From: a virus
Strand: one strand, 5' to 3'
UHGV virus genome: UHGV-0147861
Length of the DNA: 15,782 bases
The first letter of the stretch is position 1; every line of letters starts with the position of its first letter. The notes beneath the pieces are model-generated. The model was given only the letters and a program-made list of their open reading frames with translations. It had not been told where the DNA came from and ran no database searches. Below are positions 1-7,859 of the stretch, piece by piece. The position numbers and the translations under genes were made by a program.

Positions 1-2
1 CT

Positions 3-563
3 ATTACCAAAGAGCGACTGCTGACAATCAAGCAGTGGCGCGAAACATACGGACCGGGTAGCAACGTTGTACTGCCAGCAGAAGAAGCGGAAGAACTGGC
101 ACGAATTGCTCTGGCATCGCTGGAAGCAGAGCCTGTAAACCAAACTTACAACTTACCAGAATTAATCGAAGGCATGGAAGTTTCCATTGATGTAAGCACT
201 TGTGATGCTGATTTAGGTAATCGCTATTTCGGCACCGTCACCGAGGCGTTAGAACTTGATACAGCCAAGAATGGTTACATCCTCCTGGTTCAGGACGCAG
301 AGCCAAACTTCGATGTAAATGGCAACTCTCCGGTAACTCCGGATGGCTGGATAAGCTGTAGTGAGCGAATGCCGGATACCAAAACAGCCGTTCTTGTTGC
401 CAGGGAGTTTGACAGGAAAGGTGACTGGCGAATGAAATGGGCGACTTACATCCCGGGGCATCCTGACGCTAATGATGGGTGGGTAATACCTGGTGCGTCG
501 TGGATACCATCACACTGGATGCCGCTACCAGAACCGCCGCAGGAGGCGAAAAGATGGATGTAA
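3..563 (+). CDS. Phage protein with C-terminal DUF551-like domain; 5' end lies outside the window
   Basis: Reading frame is open from the window edge with no stop until TAA 561-563; track ORF 174..563 is only the portion after the first internal Met. C-terminal motif DGWISCSERMPD...SHWMPLPEPP matches the pattern I recall for DUF551 phage proteins. Confidence 0.6.
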   Translation: MTKERLLTIKQWRETYGPGSNVVLPAEEAEELARIALASLEAEPVNQTYNLPELIEGMEVSIDVSTCDADLGNRYFGTVTEALELDTAKNGYILLVQDAEPNFDVNGNSPVTPDGWISCSERMPDTKTAVLVAREFDRKGDWRMKWATYIPGHPDANDGWVIPGASWIPSHWMPLPEPPQEAKRWM

Positions 564-811
564 AAGAGAAGGTTTTGCAGGTGATGCGTTACCGGGCTGC
601 CCTGCAAGATAAAGCTCTCGGCGGGGAATATCCATTCAGGATGGCAACCTGGAATCTGCGGTTGGCAATGGAGAAGGCATTTCCTGATGAAGAATGGCGT
701 TCGGCAGATTTGCGCAAAATTCTTATGGAGCTGGCTAAAGACGGAACAGTATCCAAAGATACCCATGCCAGCCGGATTGGTCAGGCGGTATGGAGACTGG
801 AGGTGAGGTAA
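554..811 (+). CDS. Hypothetical small phage protein (85 aa)
   Basis: ATG at 554 preceded by AGGAGG at 541-546; same frame as track ORF 479..811 but avoids a long overlap with the upstream gene; stop TAA 809-811. Confidence 0.5.
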   Translation: MDVKEKVLQVMRYRAALQDKALGGEYPFRMATWNLRLAMEKAFPDEEWRSADLRKILMELAKDGTVSKDTHASRIGQAVWRLEVR

Positions 812-1092
812 TGGCTAACCTGCAACTTGCCGTTAAAGGTGAATACTTCGATGCCATGATTCGCGGGGAGAAAACGGAAGAGTATCGCCTGTGTAATGAC
901 TACTGGAATAAGCGCCTCGTTAACCGTAAGTATTACCGCCTGATTATCACAAAGGGATATCCGAAGCGCAAAGACTTCAGTCGCAGAATTGACGTCCCGT
1001 ATAACGGATATGAAATAAAAACAATCACACATCCACACTTCGGTGATAAACCGGTAAAGGTGTTCGCGATAAAAGTGAAGATTAATAGCTAA
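811..1092 (+). CDS. Small ASCH/PUA-like protein (93 aa), tentative
   Basis: ATG 811 overlaps the upstream stop (TAATG); GGAGGTGAGG at 799-808. Motif GEKTEEYR resembles the GxKxxExR signature of ASCH domains; family assignment is from memory only. Confidence 0.5.
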   Translation: MANLQLAVKGEYFDAMIRGEKTEEYRLCNDYWNKRLVNRKYYRLIITKGYPKRKDFSRRIDVPYNGYEIKTITHPHFGDKPVKVFAIKVKINS

Positions 1093-1115
1093 ATTTCAAT
1101 TAACACGGAGTAATT

Positions 1116-1409
1116 ATGTGGCGCGGTAATAATCATGGCGGAAGTCAGATGATACTTACCGAATATACGTTCGACCACAAAACCAATAAATCACGTTCAG
1201 TATATTTGCTTCGGCACAATAGCCGTGTAAGAAATACCGTTCTGGAGCAAAATCTGACCGTTGAAATGGATAATTTGGGAAACTTCAAGCCAACAATATC
1301 GCTTGATGATTTTCCGTGTGGTTTAAGCGAAAGAGAAGCAATGCTGAAATTAGCAGAATGGCTACAAAGATTAAGCATTGCTATTGAAGATAACTGGTCT
1401 GAACCTTAA
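1116..1409 (+). CDS. Hypothetical protein (97 aa)
   Basis: ORF with GGAG at 1106-1109 upstream of ATG 1116; same orientation and tight spacing with neighbours; no recognisable motif. Confidence 0.45.
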   Translation: MWRGNNHGGSQMILTEYTFDHKTNKSRSVYLLRHNSRVRNTVLEQNLTVEMDNLGNFKPTISLDDFPCGLSEREAMLKLAEWLQRLSIAIEDNWSEP

Positions 1410-1415
1410 ATTAAT

Positions 1416-1790
1416 ATGATGACACTAAAACATTTTCTTGACCGCCCATTATGGGCGGCAGCCGCAGGCTATGACTTTAATTATATGGATTGCATGTCTT
1501 ATACTGCCAATGCATACGACCATTCGTTCAGCCTGCTGTTTAATTCTTTAAGAATATTGCCGGAAACAGAAGTTGGAGAGCTTCATTTATGGATATTGGG
1601 CTTTATCGCGGCTGGAGTTGGTATTGCCGTATGGCCTTTTATTTTCTGGCTGGTGGCTGTTGTAGTGTGGTTTAAGTGCAAGACGTACCGGAGAAAGTAT
1701 TTCTTAGGTGATGGAATGACTGATATTGCCAAAATGAACATTGAAAAATGGACTAAGGAATGTGAAAAGAAATGGCGCAAAAAGAAATGA
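1416..1790 (+). CDS. Small membrane protein (124 aa)
   Basis: ORF with a long hydrophobic stretch LWILGFIAAGVGIAVWPFIFWLVAVVVWF and a lysine-rich C-terminus; no clear RBS, so the start is uncertain. Confidence 0.45.
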   Translation: MMTLKHFLDRPLWAAAAGYDFNYMDCMSYTANAYDHSFSLLFNSLRILPETEVGELHLWILGFIAAGVGIAVWPFIFWLVAVVVWFKCKTYRRKYFLGDGMTDIAKMNIEKWTKECEKKWRKKK

Positions 1791-2710
1791 CCAGAATCAC
1801 TGAAGAGCGTATATCAGAGATTATTTCCCGTATCGAAATGTATGGTCACGGTGCTGGATATACGGCAGATGAAGTATTGGCACTTGCCCAAATGGTTTTG
1901 GCGGCTTGCAAAGATGATAAAAAAATGAAGTTTATCGACTTGTTAGTGAAGGAGCTGCCTAAGTGCGGCGGGTGGCCTGATGGAATGAGTTATTGTTACC
2001 TACCCAGTGTCAATTTAATGGCACCATGCGCGACTTTTGCTTTTGGCTCAGACCACAAAAAAGACACTTTCTTTGGGCGCAATTTTTGTTGTGATATTGA
2101 GCTTCCAATTGGTGACCTTGATAGCGATGAATACCAGTCAGTTGTCACTCGCGAACAATACGAATCAGCTCTCATAGCGTCGCAGAAAGTCGAGTTCAAT
2201 GGTGATGAACTTGAAAGTAAGACTTACAGGTTGGATTTTGGGCAATGGCTGGAACAGCAACGCGGGAAAATCGATGTGGACTGTGGTTGTGTGTCCACTG
2301 AAACATTCATGCACTGGCTGCGGGTAGCTTACGAGGCTGGCAACTATCCGGATATTCCGGATAGTTCGGTGCCAGCGCCAGGAAAGGGCGTCACCGGTGA
2401 ACGTATCCGCATTAAGCCGCATGTTTATCGCGAACTGGTTAACCGTCTCCACGATACAGCGATCAAGTGTGCTGGCACCCAGCAATTACGAGAAAGAATT
2501 AGCCGTGTTTTGGGCGACGTTATTACGCCATATCATCATAAACAAGCCGAGAAAAGCGGTCTGGAAAGGTGTCGCCTTGAGGCGGCATTAAACATTAAGC
2601 CGGGGCATACGCTTGGCATTATTGATGCACTATTGGTTCATAAGATGGCCAGGGCTTTATTGCCGCTGGTGGCTGAAAAGCATGAGGTGGACCATGCCAA
2701 CGAAAGCTGA
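1772..2710 (+). CDS. Hypothetical Cys-rich protein (312 aa)
   Basis: Long ORF in the same operon-like array; an alternative start at ATG 1787 overlaps the upstream stop (ATGA). No recognised domain. Confidence 0.55.
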   Translation: MAQKEMTRITEERISEIISRIEMYGHGAGYTADEVLALAQMVLAACKDDKKMKFIDLLVKELPKCGGWPDGMSYCYLPSVNLMAPCATFAFGSDHKKDTFFGRNFCCDIELPIGDLDSDEYQSVVTREQYESALIASQKVEFNGDELESKTYRLDFGQWLEQQRGKIDVDCGCVSTETFMHWLRVAYEAGNYPDIPDSSVPAPGKGVTGERIRIKPHVYRELVNRLHDTAIKCAGTQQLRERISRVLGDVITPYHHKQAEKSGLERCRLEAALNIKPGHTLGIIDALLVHKMARALLPLVAEKHEVDHANES

Positions 2711-2978
2711 ATTACAGGTGCGCGTAGATGAGCTTGAAAAAGAGAACGCGAGCCTCAAAAAAATGCTGTCGCGGGCGGAAAGGGAATTATCAGGCAAATT
2801 ATTGCCAGAAGAACTGCCACCAGCAGATATACCTGATCGAGTGTCCTGGTGGATGAAGTATTTCCGTGCACCGTGGGAGGCGTTTTGGTGCTACGACCAT
2901 CGCAGATGGTGTGATGAACTTGATAGCAATTTTCCCTACTTTGCGGAAGGGAACACCTGCCCTCAATGCAGGGGATAG
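2694..2978 (+). CDS. Hypothetical protein with coiled-coil N-terminus and C-terminal Cys/His cluster (94 aa)
   Basis: ATG 2694 preceded by GAGGTGG at 2684-2690, same frame as track ORF 2613..2978; sequence ELQVRVDELEKENASLKKML then WCYDHRRWC...CPQC suggests a zinc-ribbon-like tail. Confidence 0.5.
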   Translation: MPTKAELQVRVDELEKENASLKKMLSRAERELSGKLLPEELPPADIPDRVSWWMKYFRAPWEAFWCYDHRRWCDELDSNFPYFAEGNTCPQCRG

Positions 2979-3313
2979 CATTTGACGAAATCGATCACCC
3001 TATCCTGAACTTCAGAAAGAAGGTCTTTTTCACGCGCCAGGACGTCAGGATATTGACGTTCTGGCCTTACCAGATGCCGGAGCTTCCCATTAAGCAGAAT
3101 GGCCTCAGAAAACACTTTTACGCTGTGCTTTATCCCCTCTGTTTCACTTTTCAGCGTCAAAATAAAGCGCAATTGCTTATTAGCCTGATTCGGATTCAAT
3201 ACACGAATTTGCAGTTCGTCTATGCTGTTCCGCAATGGGATTGATGCTACCACACTGGTGCAGTCTCTGATTGTCTGAATTGAACGGCTAACATTGAGAA
3301 CGTTATTGTGCAT
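2963..3313 (-). CDS. Hypothetical protein (116 aa), convergent with upstream array
   Basis: Minus-strand ORF filling the gap between the 2694..2978 gene and hot; weak RBS; competes with plus-strand ORF 2966..3244. Low confidence. Confidence 0.3.
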   Translation of the reverse strand: MHNNVLNVSRSIQTIRDCTSVVASIPLRNSIDELQIRVLNPNQANKQLRFILTLKSETEGIKHSVKVFSEAILLNGKLRHLVRPERQYPDVLAREKDLLSEVQDRVIDFVKCYPLH

Positions 3314-3345
3314 GTGCCTGATCCACTAACTCCTGGAGGTTTCTT

Positions 3346-3597
3346 GTGTCAGATCGAAATATAGCAGCTAAAAGCCAGGAAGAGCGAGACAAGGTGAACG
3401 TAGACCTTGCCGCCAGCGGCGTTGCTTACAAAGAACGGCTGAATATACCTGTGATTGCAGAGCAGGTGGCTCGTGAGCAACCGGAAAACCTGCGCGCCTA
3501 TTTCATGGAACGGCTACGGCACTACCGGCAGTTAAGCCTCCAGTTGCCAAAAGGGAGCGATCCGGTGTATCAGAACGAGGATGCACCAAAAAAATAA
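3346..3597 (+). CDS. hot: DNA polymerase III theta-subunit homolog (P1 Hot-like)
   Basis: GTG start with GGAGG at 3335-3339; motif [43 protein letters not shown] aligns with E. coli HolE (theta) as I recall it; 83 aa matches P1 Hot. Confidence 0.85.
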   Translation: MSDRNIAAKSQEERDKVNVDLAASGVAYKERLNIPVIAEQVAREQPENLRAYFMERLRHYRQLSLQLPKGSDPVYQNEDAPKK

Positions 3598-3656
3598 CGG
3601 CAAGATGGGGGAGAAATGTGATTAGCCCCCAGCGTGGCGCGCCTACAAACCCCGCT

Positions 3657-3702
3657 TTCACAAACTATGCCTTTTCAATGTATACTGTATGAATAAACAG
3701 TA
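3657..3702 (+). promoter_or_regulatory. Putative humD promoter with LexA (SOS) box
   Basis: TACTGTATGAATAAACAGTA at 3683-3702 fits the LexA consensus CTGT-N8-ACAG exactly; -35-like TTCACA 3657-3662 and -10-like TATACT 3681-3686 (18-nt spacer) overlap it, about 20 nt upstream of the humD ATG. Confidence 0.7.
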
Positions 3703-3720
3703 TCATTGAGGTAAAACGCT

Positions 3721-4110
3721 ATGGGCTTCCCTTCTCCTGCGGCGGATTATGTTGAAAGCCGAATTTCTCTTGATCAGCAGATAATTAGACATCCTTCAGC
3801 GACCTACTTCATGCGGGCAGCTGATAGCCATCACCGTGAGGGAATATTGCAGGGAGCTTTGCTGGTGGTTGATTCCTCGCTTACTCCGGTTGATGGTTCT
3901 CTGCTTGTGTGCGCTATGGAGGGTGAATATCGCATAAAGAGATACAGGAAGTATCCGCGCCAGCACCTGGAGGACTTAAGCACCGGGAAGAAAGAGGCGT
4001 TACCAGTAGATGACGATGGATACACGGGCAGCAATGCTGTTTTTGGTGTGATCACTCATGTCATCAATGATGCCCGAAGTGGGGAGTTTGATGATTGTCC
4101 GGTTATTTAA
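3721..4110 (+). CDS. humD: UmuD'-like SOS mutagenesis protein (P1 HumD-like)
   Basis: Protein begins MGFPSPAADYVESRISLDQQIIRHPSATYF, matching UmuD from its Cys24-Gly25 cleavage site onward; Ser (AADSH) and Lys (RIKRY) align with the UmuD S60/K97 dyad; C-terminal FGVITHVI conserved. Confidence 0.9.
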   Translation: MGFPSPAADYVESRISLDQQIIRHPSATYFMRAADSHHREGILQGALLVVDSSLTPVDGSLLVCAMEGEYRIKRYRKYPRQHLEDLSTGKKEALPVDDDGYTGSNAVFGVITHVINDARSGEFDDCPVI

Positions 4111-4145
4111 GCTGCAAAGGGCTGGTGCTTTATACCTGTGAAGTT

Positions 4146-4182
4146 TATAATTGTGTACACATAACGAGTACATGAGGTGTTT
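4146..4182 (+). promoter_or_regulatory. Putative phd-doc promoter/operator
   Basis: Perfect -10 TATAAT at 4146-4151 immediately followed by the 10-bp palindrome TGTGTACACA (4152-4161) and a second partial GTAC-containing site, upstream of the phd ATG; consistent with autoregulation by Phd at palindromic sites. Confidence 0.5.
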
Positions 4183-4404
4183 ATGCAATCCATTAACTTC
4201 CGTACCGCGCGCGGCAACCTTTCTGAAGTGCTCAACAATGTTGAAGCCGGGGAAGAGGTTGAAATCACCCGCAGAGGCCGTGAGCCAGCAGTAATTGTCA
4301 GCAAGGCTACTTTTGAAGCCTACAAAAAAGCGGCGCTGGATGCTGAATTTGCATCCCTGTTTGACACCCTGGACTCCACCAACAAGGAACTGGTTAACCG
4401 ATAA
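4183..4404 (+). CDS. phd: Antitoxin Phd (prevent host death)
   Basis: [73 protein letters not shown] matches my memory of P1 Phd (73 aa); ATG 4183 with GAGGTG RBS (track ORF starts 6 nt earlier at GTG). Confidence 0.92.
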   Translation: MQSINFRTARGNLSEVLNNVEAGEEVEITRRGREPAVIVSKATFEAYKKAALDAEFASLFDTLDSTNKELVNR

Positions 4405-4784
4405 TGAGGCATATATCACCGGAAGAACTTATTGCGCTTCATGATGCGAATATAAACCGCTACGGCGGCCTGCCGGGAATGTCTGATCCGGGTAGGGCAG
4501 AGGCCATTATCGGGAGAGTTCAGGCCAGAGTTGCCTACGAAGAGATCACCGACCTTTTCGAAGTCTCCGCCACCTACCTGGTGGCTACAGCGAGAGGGCA
4601 TATATTCAATGATGCCAATAAGCGTACCGCGCTAAACAGTGCGCTGCTATTTCTACGCCGTAACGGGGTGCAGGTATTTGATTCACCTGAACTGGCAGAC
4701 CTTACCGTAGGGACTGCGACAGGCGAGATATCTGTATCTACTGTCGCCGCCACGTTACGTAGATTGTATGGTTCTGCGGAGTAG
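4404..4784 (+). CDS. doc: Toxin Doc (death on curing), Fic-fold kinase
   Basis: [17 protein letters not shown]...[23 protein letters not shown] matches P1 Doc (126 aa) including the Fic-like HxFx(D/N)xNKR motif; start overlaps the phd stop (TAATG). Confidence 0.92.
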
Positions 4785-4788
4785 ATTA

Positions 4789-4968
4789 ATGGCACGCAAA
4801 TACAACAAATTGTCCCGTGAAGCGTTAAAGATGCTTCTTGATGGCGTGAGTCGCCGCAAGGTAAAGCAATACCTGGTTGGTAAGCAAATTGGAGTCAGGA
4901 CCGCTATTGCTGTGTTATGCCGTCAGGAAATGGTTGTGCTTAAACAGAGAATGCCGGGCAGCAGATAA
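4789..4968 (+). CDS. Small basic protein downstream of doc (PdcA-like), possible HTH
   Basis: ATG 4789 in the same frame as track ORF 4768..4968; sequence MARKYNKLSREALKMLLDGVSRRKVKQYLVGKQIGVRTAIAVL is basic and HTH-like. Position matches the post-doc genes of P1 as I remember them. Confidence 0.5.
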   Translation: MARKYNKLSREALKMLLDGVSRRKVKQYLVGKQIGVRTAIAVLCRQEMVVLKQRMPGSR

Positions 4969-4995
4969 AGCCCAATCAGTGATTAAAGGTGTGAT

Positions 4996-6039
4996 GTGAA
5001 AGCCGTAATTACTCCCTTTGTACAGAAAGAGCTTGGCCTCGCCACGTTCAAAGTGGATCAGGAGGTCAGAAAGCTGGTGGAGGCTGGCCGTAAATTTATT
5101 ATGGAGCCGGTGCCGCGTGAGTTAATCGAGCACATGGAAGACGGCCTCGTTGTTACCGAGCAAACCATGGCAACAAATGAGGCGTTGCAGCCGTTTTTTA
5201 ACAGCGATGAACTGTTTCGCCGTATTGGTGGAATTGACTCGCTGGTGGCGTGGTTGCGCAGGAAAGAGGGGCAATGCCAGGCCGCAGATCGTAGCTGGTG
5301 TGACAACCATATTGTCCACGCAGAACGAGACAATAGCGCGGTGTTGTTGTGCTGGCATCACGATAACCATTACCGGATGCGTGGTTTTAATGAGCTGAAA
5401 GAAACGCTGCACAATAATCGCGTTAACTGGATACTGGATGTCGCCCGTCAGGAAATGGGCCTTTCAAATAGCCATGATTTAAGTATTCAGGAGCTGTGCT
5501 GGTGGGCTTTCATGCGCAACATGATGCACCTGATGCCGGAAGAAGTCTGCCGCATATCAATAAATAAGATGAAGGCTACTCCGCAGGATAGCGGACCTCT
5601 GAAAGAGGCGGATATTCGCCCGTATGACGATCGCGCTACAGCATATGTTCAGATGATGGAAGAACGCGCCGCGCCGATGCGTGCAAAAGTATGCCCTGTG
5701 GATGTTGACTCCGACCCAGGTATGGCGCATTTCAAAATACCAAAACTTCAATCGCTAAAATTGCCCGAGTACATGGACTTTGTGGCTTCCCGTCCATGCT
5801 GTGGCTGTGGAGCTGCGGGAGCTGGCGCTCACATTACGCCTTATATCGTTCGTCATAGTCGATTATGCGCGCATGACATTTATGCTATTCCTCTGTGCCA
5901 GTCATGCCAGCGTGATATTGAGCGTGACCGCGATAATTGGGAGAAGACGCACGGTAGGCTGGCGATGCATCAACGATTGTTCTTTGATTACGCGCTTGGA
6001 GTCGGCGCTATCACAAGTCACTCGTCGAGCGTTAGATAA
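4996..6039 (+). CDS. pdcB: PdcB-like protein with HNH-like Cys/His clusters (347 aa)
   Basis: Long ORF with GTG start; motifs [13 protein letters not shown]...CWHHDNHY and C-terminal CCGCG...H...LCAHD...CQSCQ resemble HNH/zinc-finger nuclease signatures. Gene name inferred from position after doc. Confidence 0.65.
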   Translation: MKAVITPFVQKELGLATFKVDQEVRKLVEAGRKFIMEPVPRELIEHMEDGLVVTEQTMATNEALQPFFNSDELFRRIGGIDSLVAWLRRKEGQCQAADRSWCDNHIVHAERDNSAVLLCWHHDNHYRMRGFNELKETLHNNRVNWILDVARQEMGLSNSHDLSIQELCWWAFMRNMMHLMPEEVCRISINKMKATPQDSGPLKEADIRPYDDRATAYVQMMEERAAPMRAKVCPVDVDSDPGMAHFKIPKLQSLKLPEYMDFVASRPCCGCGAAGAGAHITPYIVRHSRLCAHDIYAIPLCQSCQRDIERDRDNWEKTHGRLAMHQRLFFDYALGVGAITSHSSSVR

Positions 6040-6040
6040 A

Positions 6041-6083
6041 ATTGCTCTAATGTATTGCTATTTCTTTAATCGAGGGTATTATA
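6041..6083 (+). promoter_or_regulatory. C1 operator-like site overlapping putative lpa promoter
   Basis: ATTGCTCTAATGTATTG at 6041-6057 matches 14/17 of the P1 C1 operator consensus ATTGCTCTAATAAATTT (as I recall it); -35-like TTGCTA 6055-6060 and -10-like TATTAT 6077-6082 follow. Confidence 0.5.
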
Positions 6084-6127
6084 TTCCACGTTGATTAGTT
6101 GACATGGGCTAATCAGTAGGTGACAGG

Positions 6128-6580
6128 ATGTTACTTAACTGGCAGGGACGCCACTTCATGGAAATAAATCACTCACGAATAACATCGTACGAGATTGCGG
6201 ATTACATGATCCGCACTAAATCTCTTCTATCAGCGAAAGAGCTCGCAGCAATTCTTGAAAAGGAATACCCGCATCTGGATGTCGATAAGCGCGATGTTTA
6301 TCTGCGCTTAAAGGCTATCGCTGTGTCTAAGTATTCGTCTGTTTTGATTGATGACAGTACACGCCCACGTAGATTTCAGATCCACTCTCTGAATCCTGAA
6401 TTCTTTCGCCGTAGCCGCGCTCCGCGCCGGTTTGATGAAAAACTCCAGAACGAACTCTATATGACGCAGGACGAAAAGGAACGCCGGGAGCACCAGCCTT
6501 GGGTAATGGCGCGTCAACTTTTCAATAAGGTGGCCCGTCAGCACCGTCATTACGGTAATGCCACATCCGCACGTATCTGA
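6128..6580 (+). CDS. lpa: Late promoter activator (Lpa / gp10-like)
   Basis: 150-aa ORF immediately upstream of pacA, preceded by a C1 operator-like site, as in P1; basic protein; AGGTGA RBS before ATG 6128. Assignment mainly by synteny and size. Confidence 0.7.
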   Translation: MLLNWQGRHFMEINHSRITSYEIADYMIRTKSLLSAKELAAILEKEYPHLDVDKRDVYLRLKAIAVSKYSSVLIDDSTRPRRFQIHSLNPEFFRRSRAPRRFDEKLQNELYMTQDEKERREHQPWVMARQLFNKVARQHRHYGNATSARI

Positions 6581-6665
6581 TTGATTGCTTGCCCGTTCCG
6601 GGCCTTTTGACATGTGACTTTCGTTACCCTCGCGTCAAAAAGAGTTTTTACGAAAGGAAGCATAA

Positions 6666-7859
6666 GTGACCTGGGACGATCACAAGAAGAATTTTGCTCG
6701 CCTGGCGCGAGATGGTGGTTACACCATCGCACAGTATGCCGCCGAGTTTAATCTTAACCCTAATACTGCACGTCGTTATCTCCGTGCCTTCAAAGAAGAC
6801 ACCAGGACAGCGGACAGCCGCAAGCCAAATAAGCCAGTCAGGAAGCCACTAAAAAGCATGATCATTGATCACTCTAATGATCAACATGCAGGTGATCACA
6901 TTGCGGCTGAAATAGCGGAAAAACAAAGGGTTAATGCCGTTGTCAGTGCCGCAGTCGAGAACGCTAAGCGCCAAAATAAGCGCATAAATGATCGTTCTGA
7001 TGATCATGACGTGATCATCCGCGCCCACCGTACCTTACGTGATCGCCTGGAACGCGACACCCTGGATGATGATGGTGAACGCTTTGAATTCGAAGCTGGC
7101 GATTACCTGATAGATAACGTTGAAGCGCGGAAGGCCGCGCGCGCTATGTTGCGTCGGTCCGGGGCCGATGTTCTGGAAACCACTCTTCTGGAAAAGTCTC
7201 TTTCTCATCTCCTTATGCTGGAGAACGCCAGGGATACGTGTATTCGCCTGGTGCAGGAAATGCGCGATCAGCAAAAAGACGATGATGAAGGTACTCCGCC
7301 TGAATACCGTATCGCGAGCATGCTAAACAGCTGTTCCGCGCAGATAAGCAGCCTGATCAACACCATTTACAGCATCCGGAATAACTATCGAAAAGAAAGC
7401 CGGGAGGCGGAAAAGCACGCTTTGTCTATGGGGCAAGCTGGCATTGTTAAGCTGGCATACGAACGAAAGCGTGAAAATAACTGGTCAGTGCTGGAAGCAG
7501 CTGAATTCATCGAGGCGCATGGCGGGAAAGTGCCGCCCCTGATGCTGGAGCAAATCAAAGCCGATCTGCGTGCTCCTAAGACCAATACCGATGATGAGGA
7601 AAGGCAAACTGCCGTCGGTGGCCCTTCTCTTGAAGATCTGGACAAAGTTGCGCGAGAACGGGCCGCCAACCGCCGCGCCGATGCCGCATTGTGGATTGAG
7701 CAACGTAGGGAAGAAATCGCCGATATCGTTGATACAGGCGGTTATGGAGATGTTGATACTGAAGGTGTATCAAACGACCCATGGCTGGAACAAGACCTGG
7801 ACGAAGACGAGGAGGAAGACGAAGAAGTTACCCGCAAGCTATACGGGGATGATGATTAA
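6666..7859 (+). CDS. pacA: Terminase small/pac-recognition subunit PacA
   Basis: 397-aa ORF with GTG start and AGGAAG RBS; contains the pac hexamer arrays in its 5' third; acidic [10 protein letters not shown]-terminus; directly followed by pacB with a 1-nt overlap. Confidence 0.85.
   Translation: MTWDDHKKNFARLARDGGYTIAQYAAEFNLNPNTARRYLRAFKEDTRTADSRKPNKPVRKPLKSMIIDHSNDQHAGDHIAAEIAEKQRVNAVVSAAVENAKRQNKRINDRSDDHDVIIRAHRTLRDRLERDTLDDDGERFEFEAGDYLIDNVEARKAARAMLRRSGADVLETTLLEKSLSHLLMLENARDTCIRLVQEMRDQQKDDDEGTPPEYRIASMLNSCSAQISSLINTIYSIRNNYRKESREAEKHALSMGQAGIVKLAYERKRENNWSVLEAAEFIEAHGGKVPPLMLEQIKADLRAPKTNTDDEERQTAVGGPSLEDLDKVARERAANRRADAALWIEQRREEIADIVDTGGYGDVDTEGVSNDPWLEQDLDEDEEEDEEVTRKLYGDDD
6859..7017. 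other. pac packaging site: two arrays of TGATC(A/G) hexamers
   Basis: Four TGATCA copies at 6859-6864, 6866-6871, 6878-6883, 6893-6898 and three TGATC(A/G) copies at 6989-6994, 7001-7006, 7012-7017, about 90 bp apart; each contains a Dam GATC site. Matches the described P1 pac architecture. Confidence 0.8.

Noticed and set aside
479-811. Track start at 479 for the 110-aa ORF
   Set aside because: That start would overlap the upstream gene by 85 nt. The in-frame ATG at 554 has a strong AGGAGG RBS, so I call the gene as 554..811.
2966-3244. 92-aa plus-strand ORF between the 2694..2978 gene and hot
   Set aside because: Overlaps the longer minus-strand ORF 2963..3313 and has no RBS; neither is well supported, so I kept only the longer one at low confidence.
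4000-4419. 139-aa minus-strand ORF overlapping the humD 3' end, phd and the doc start
   Set aside because: Antisense to three confidently identified genes and their regulatory region; likely a chance ORF.
5780-6094. 104-aa plus-strand ORF overlapping the pdcB 3' end and running into the lpa promoter region
   Set aside because: Out-of-frame overlap with a longer, better-supported gene and with a regulatory region; hydrophobic low-complexity translation.
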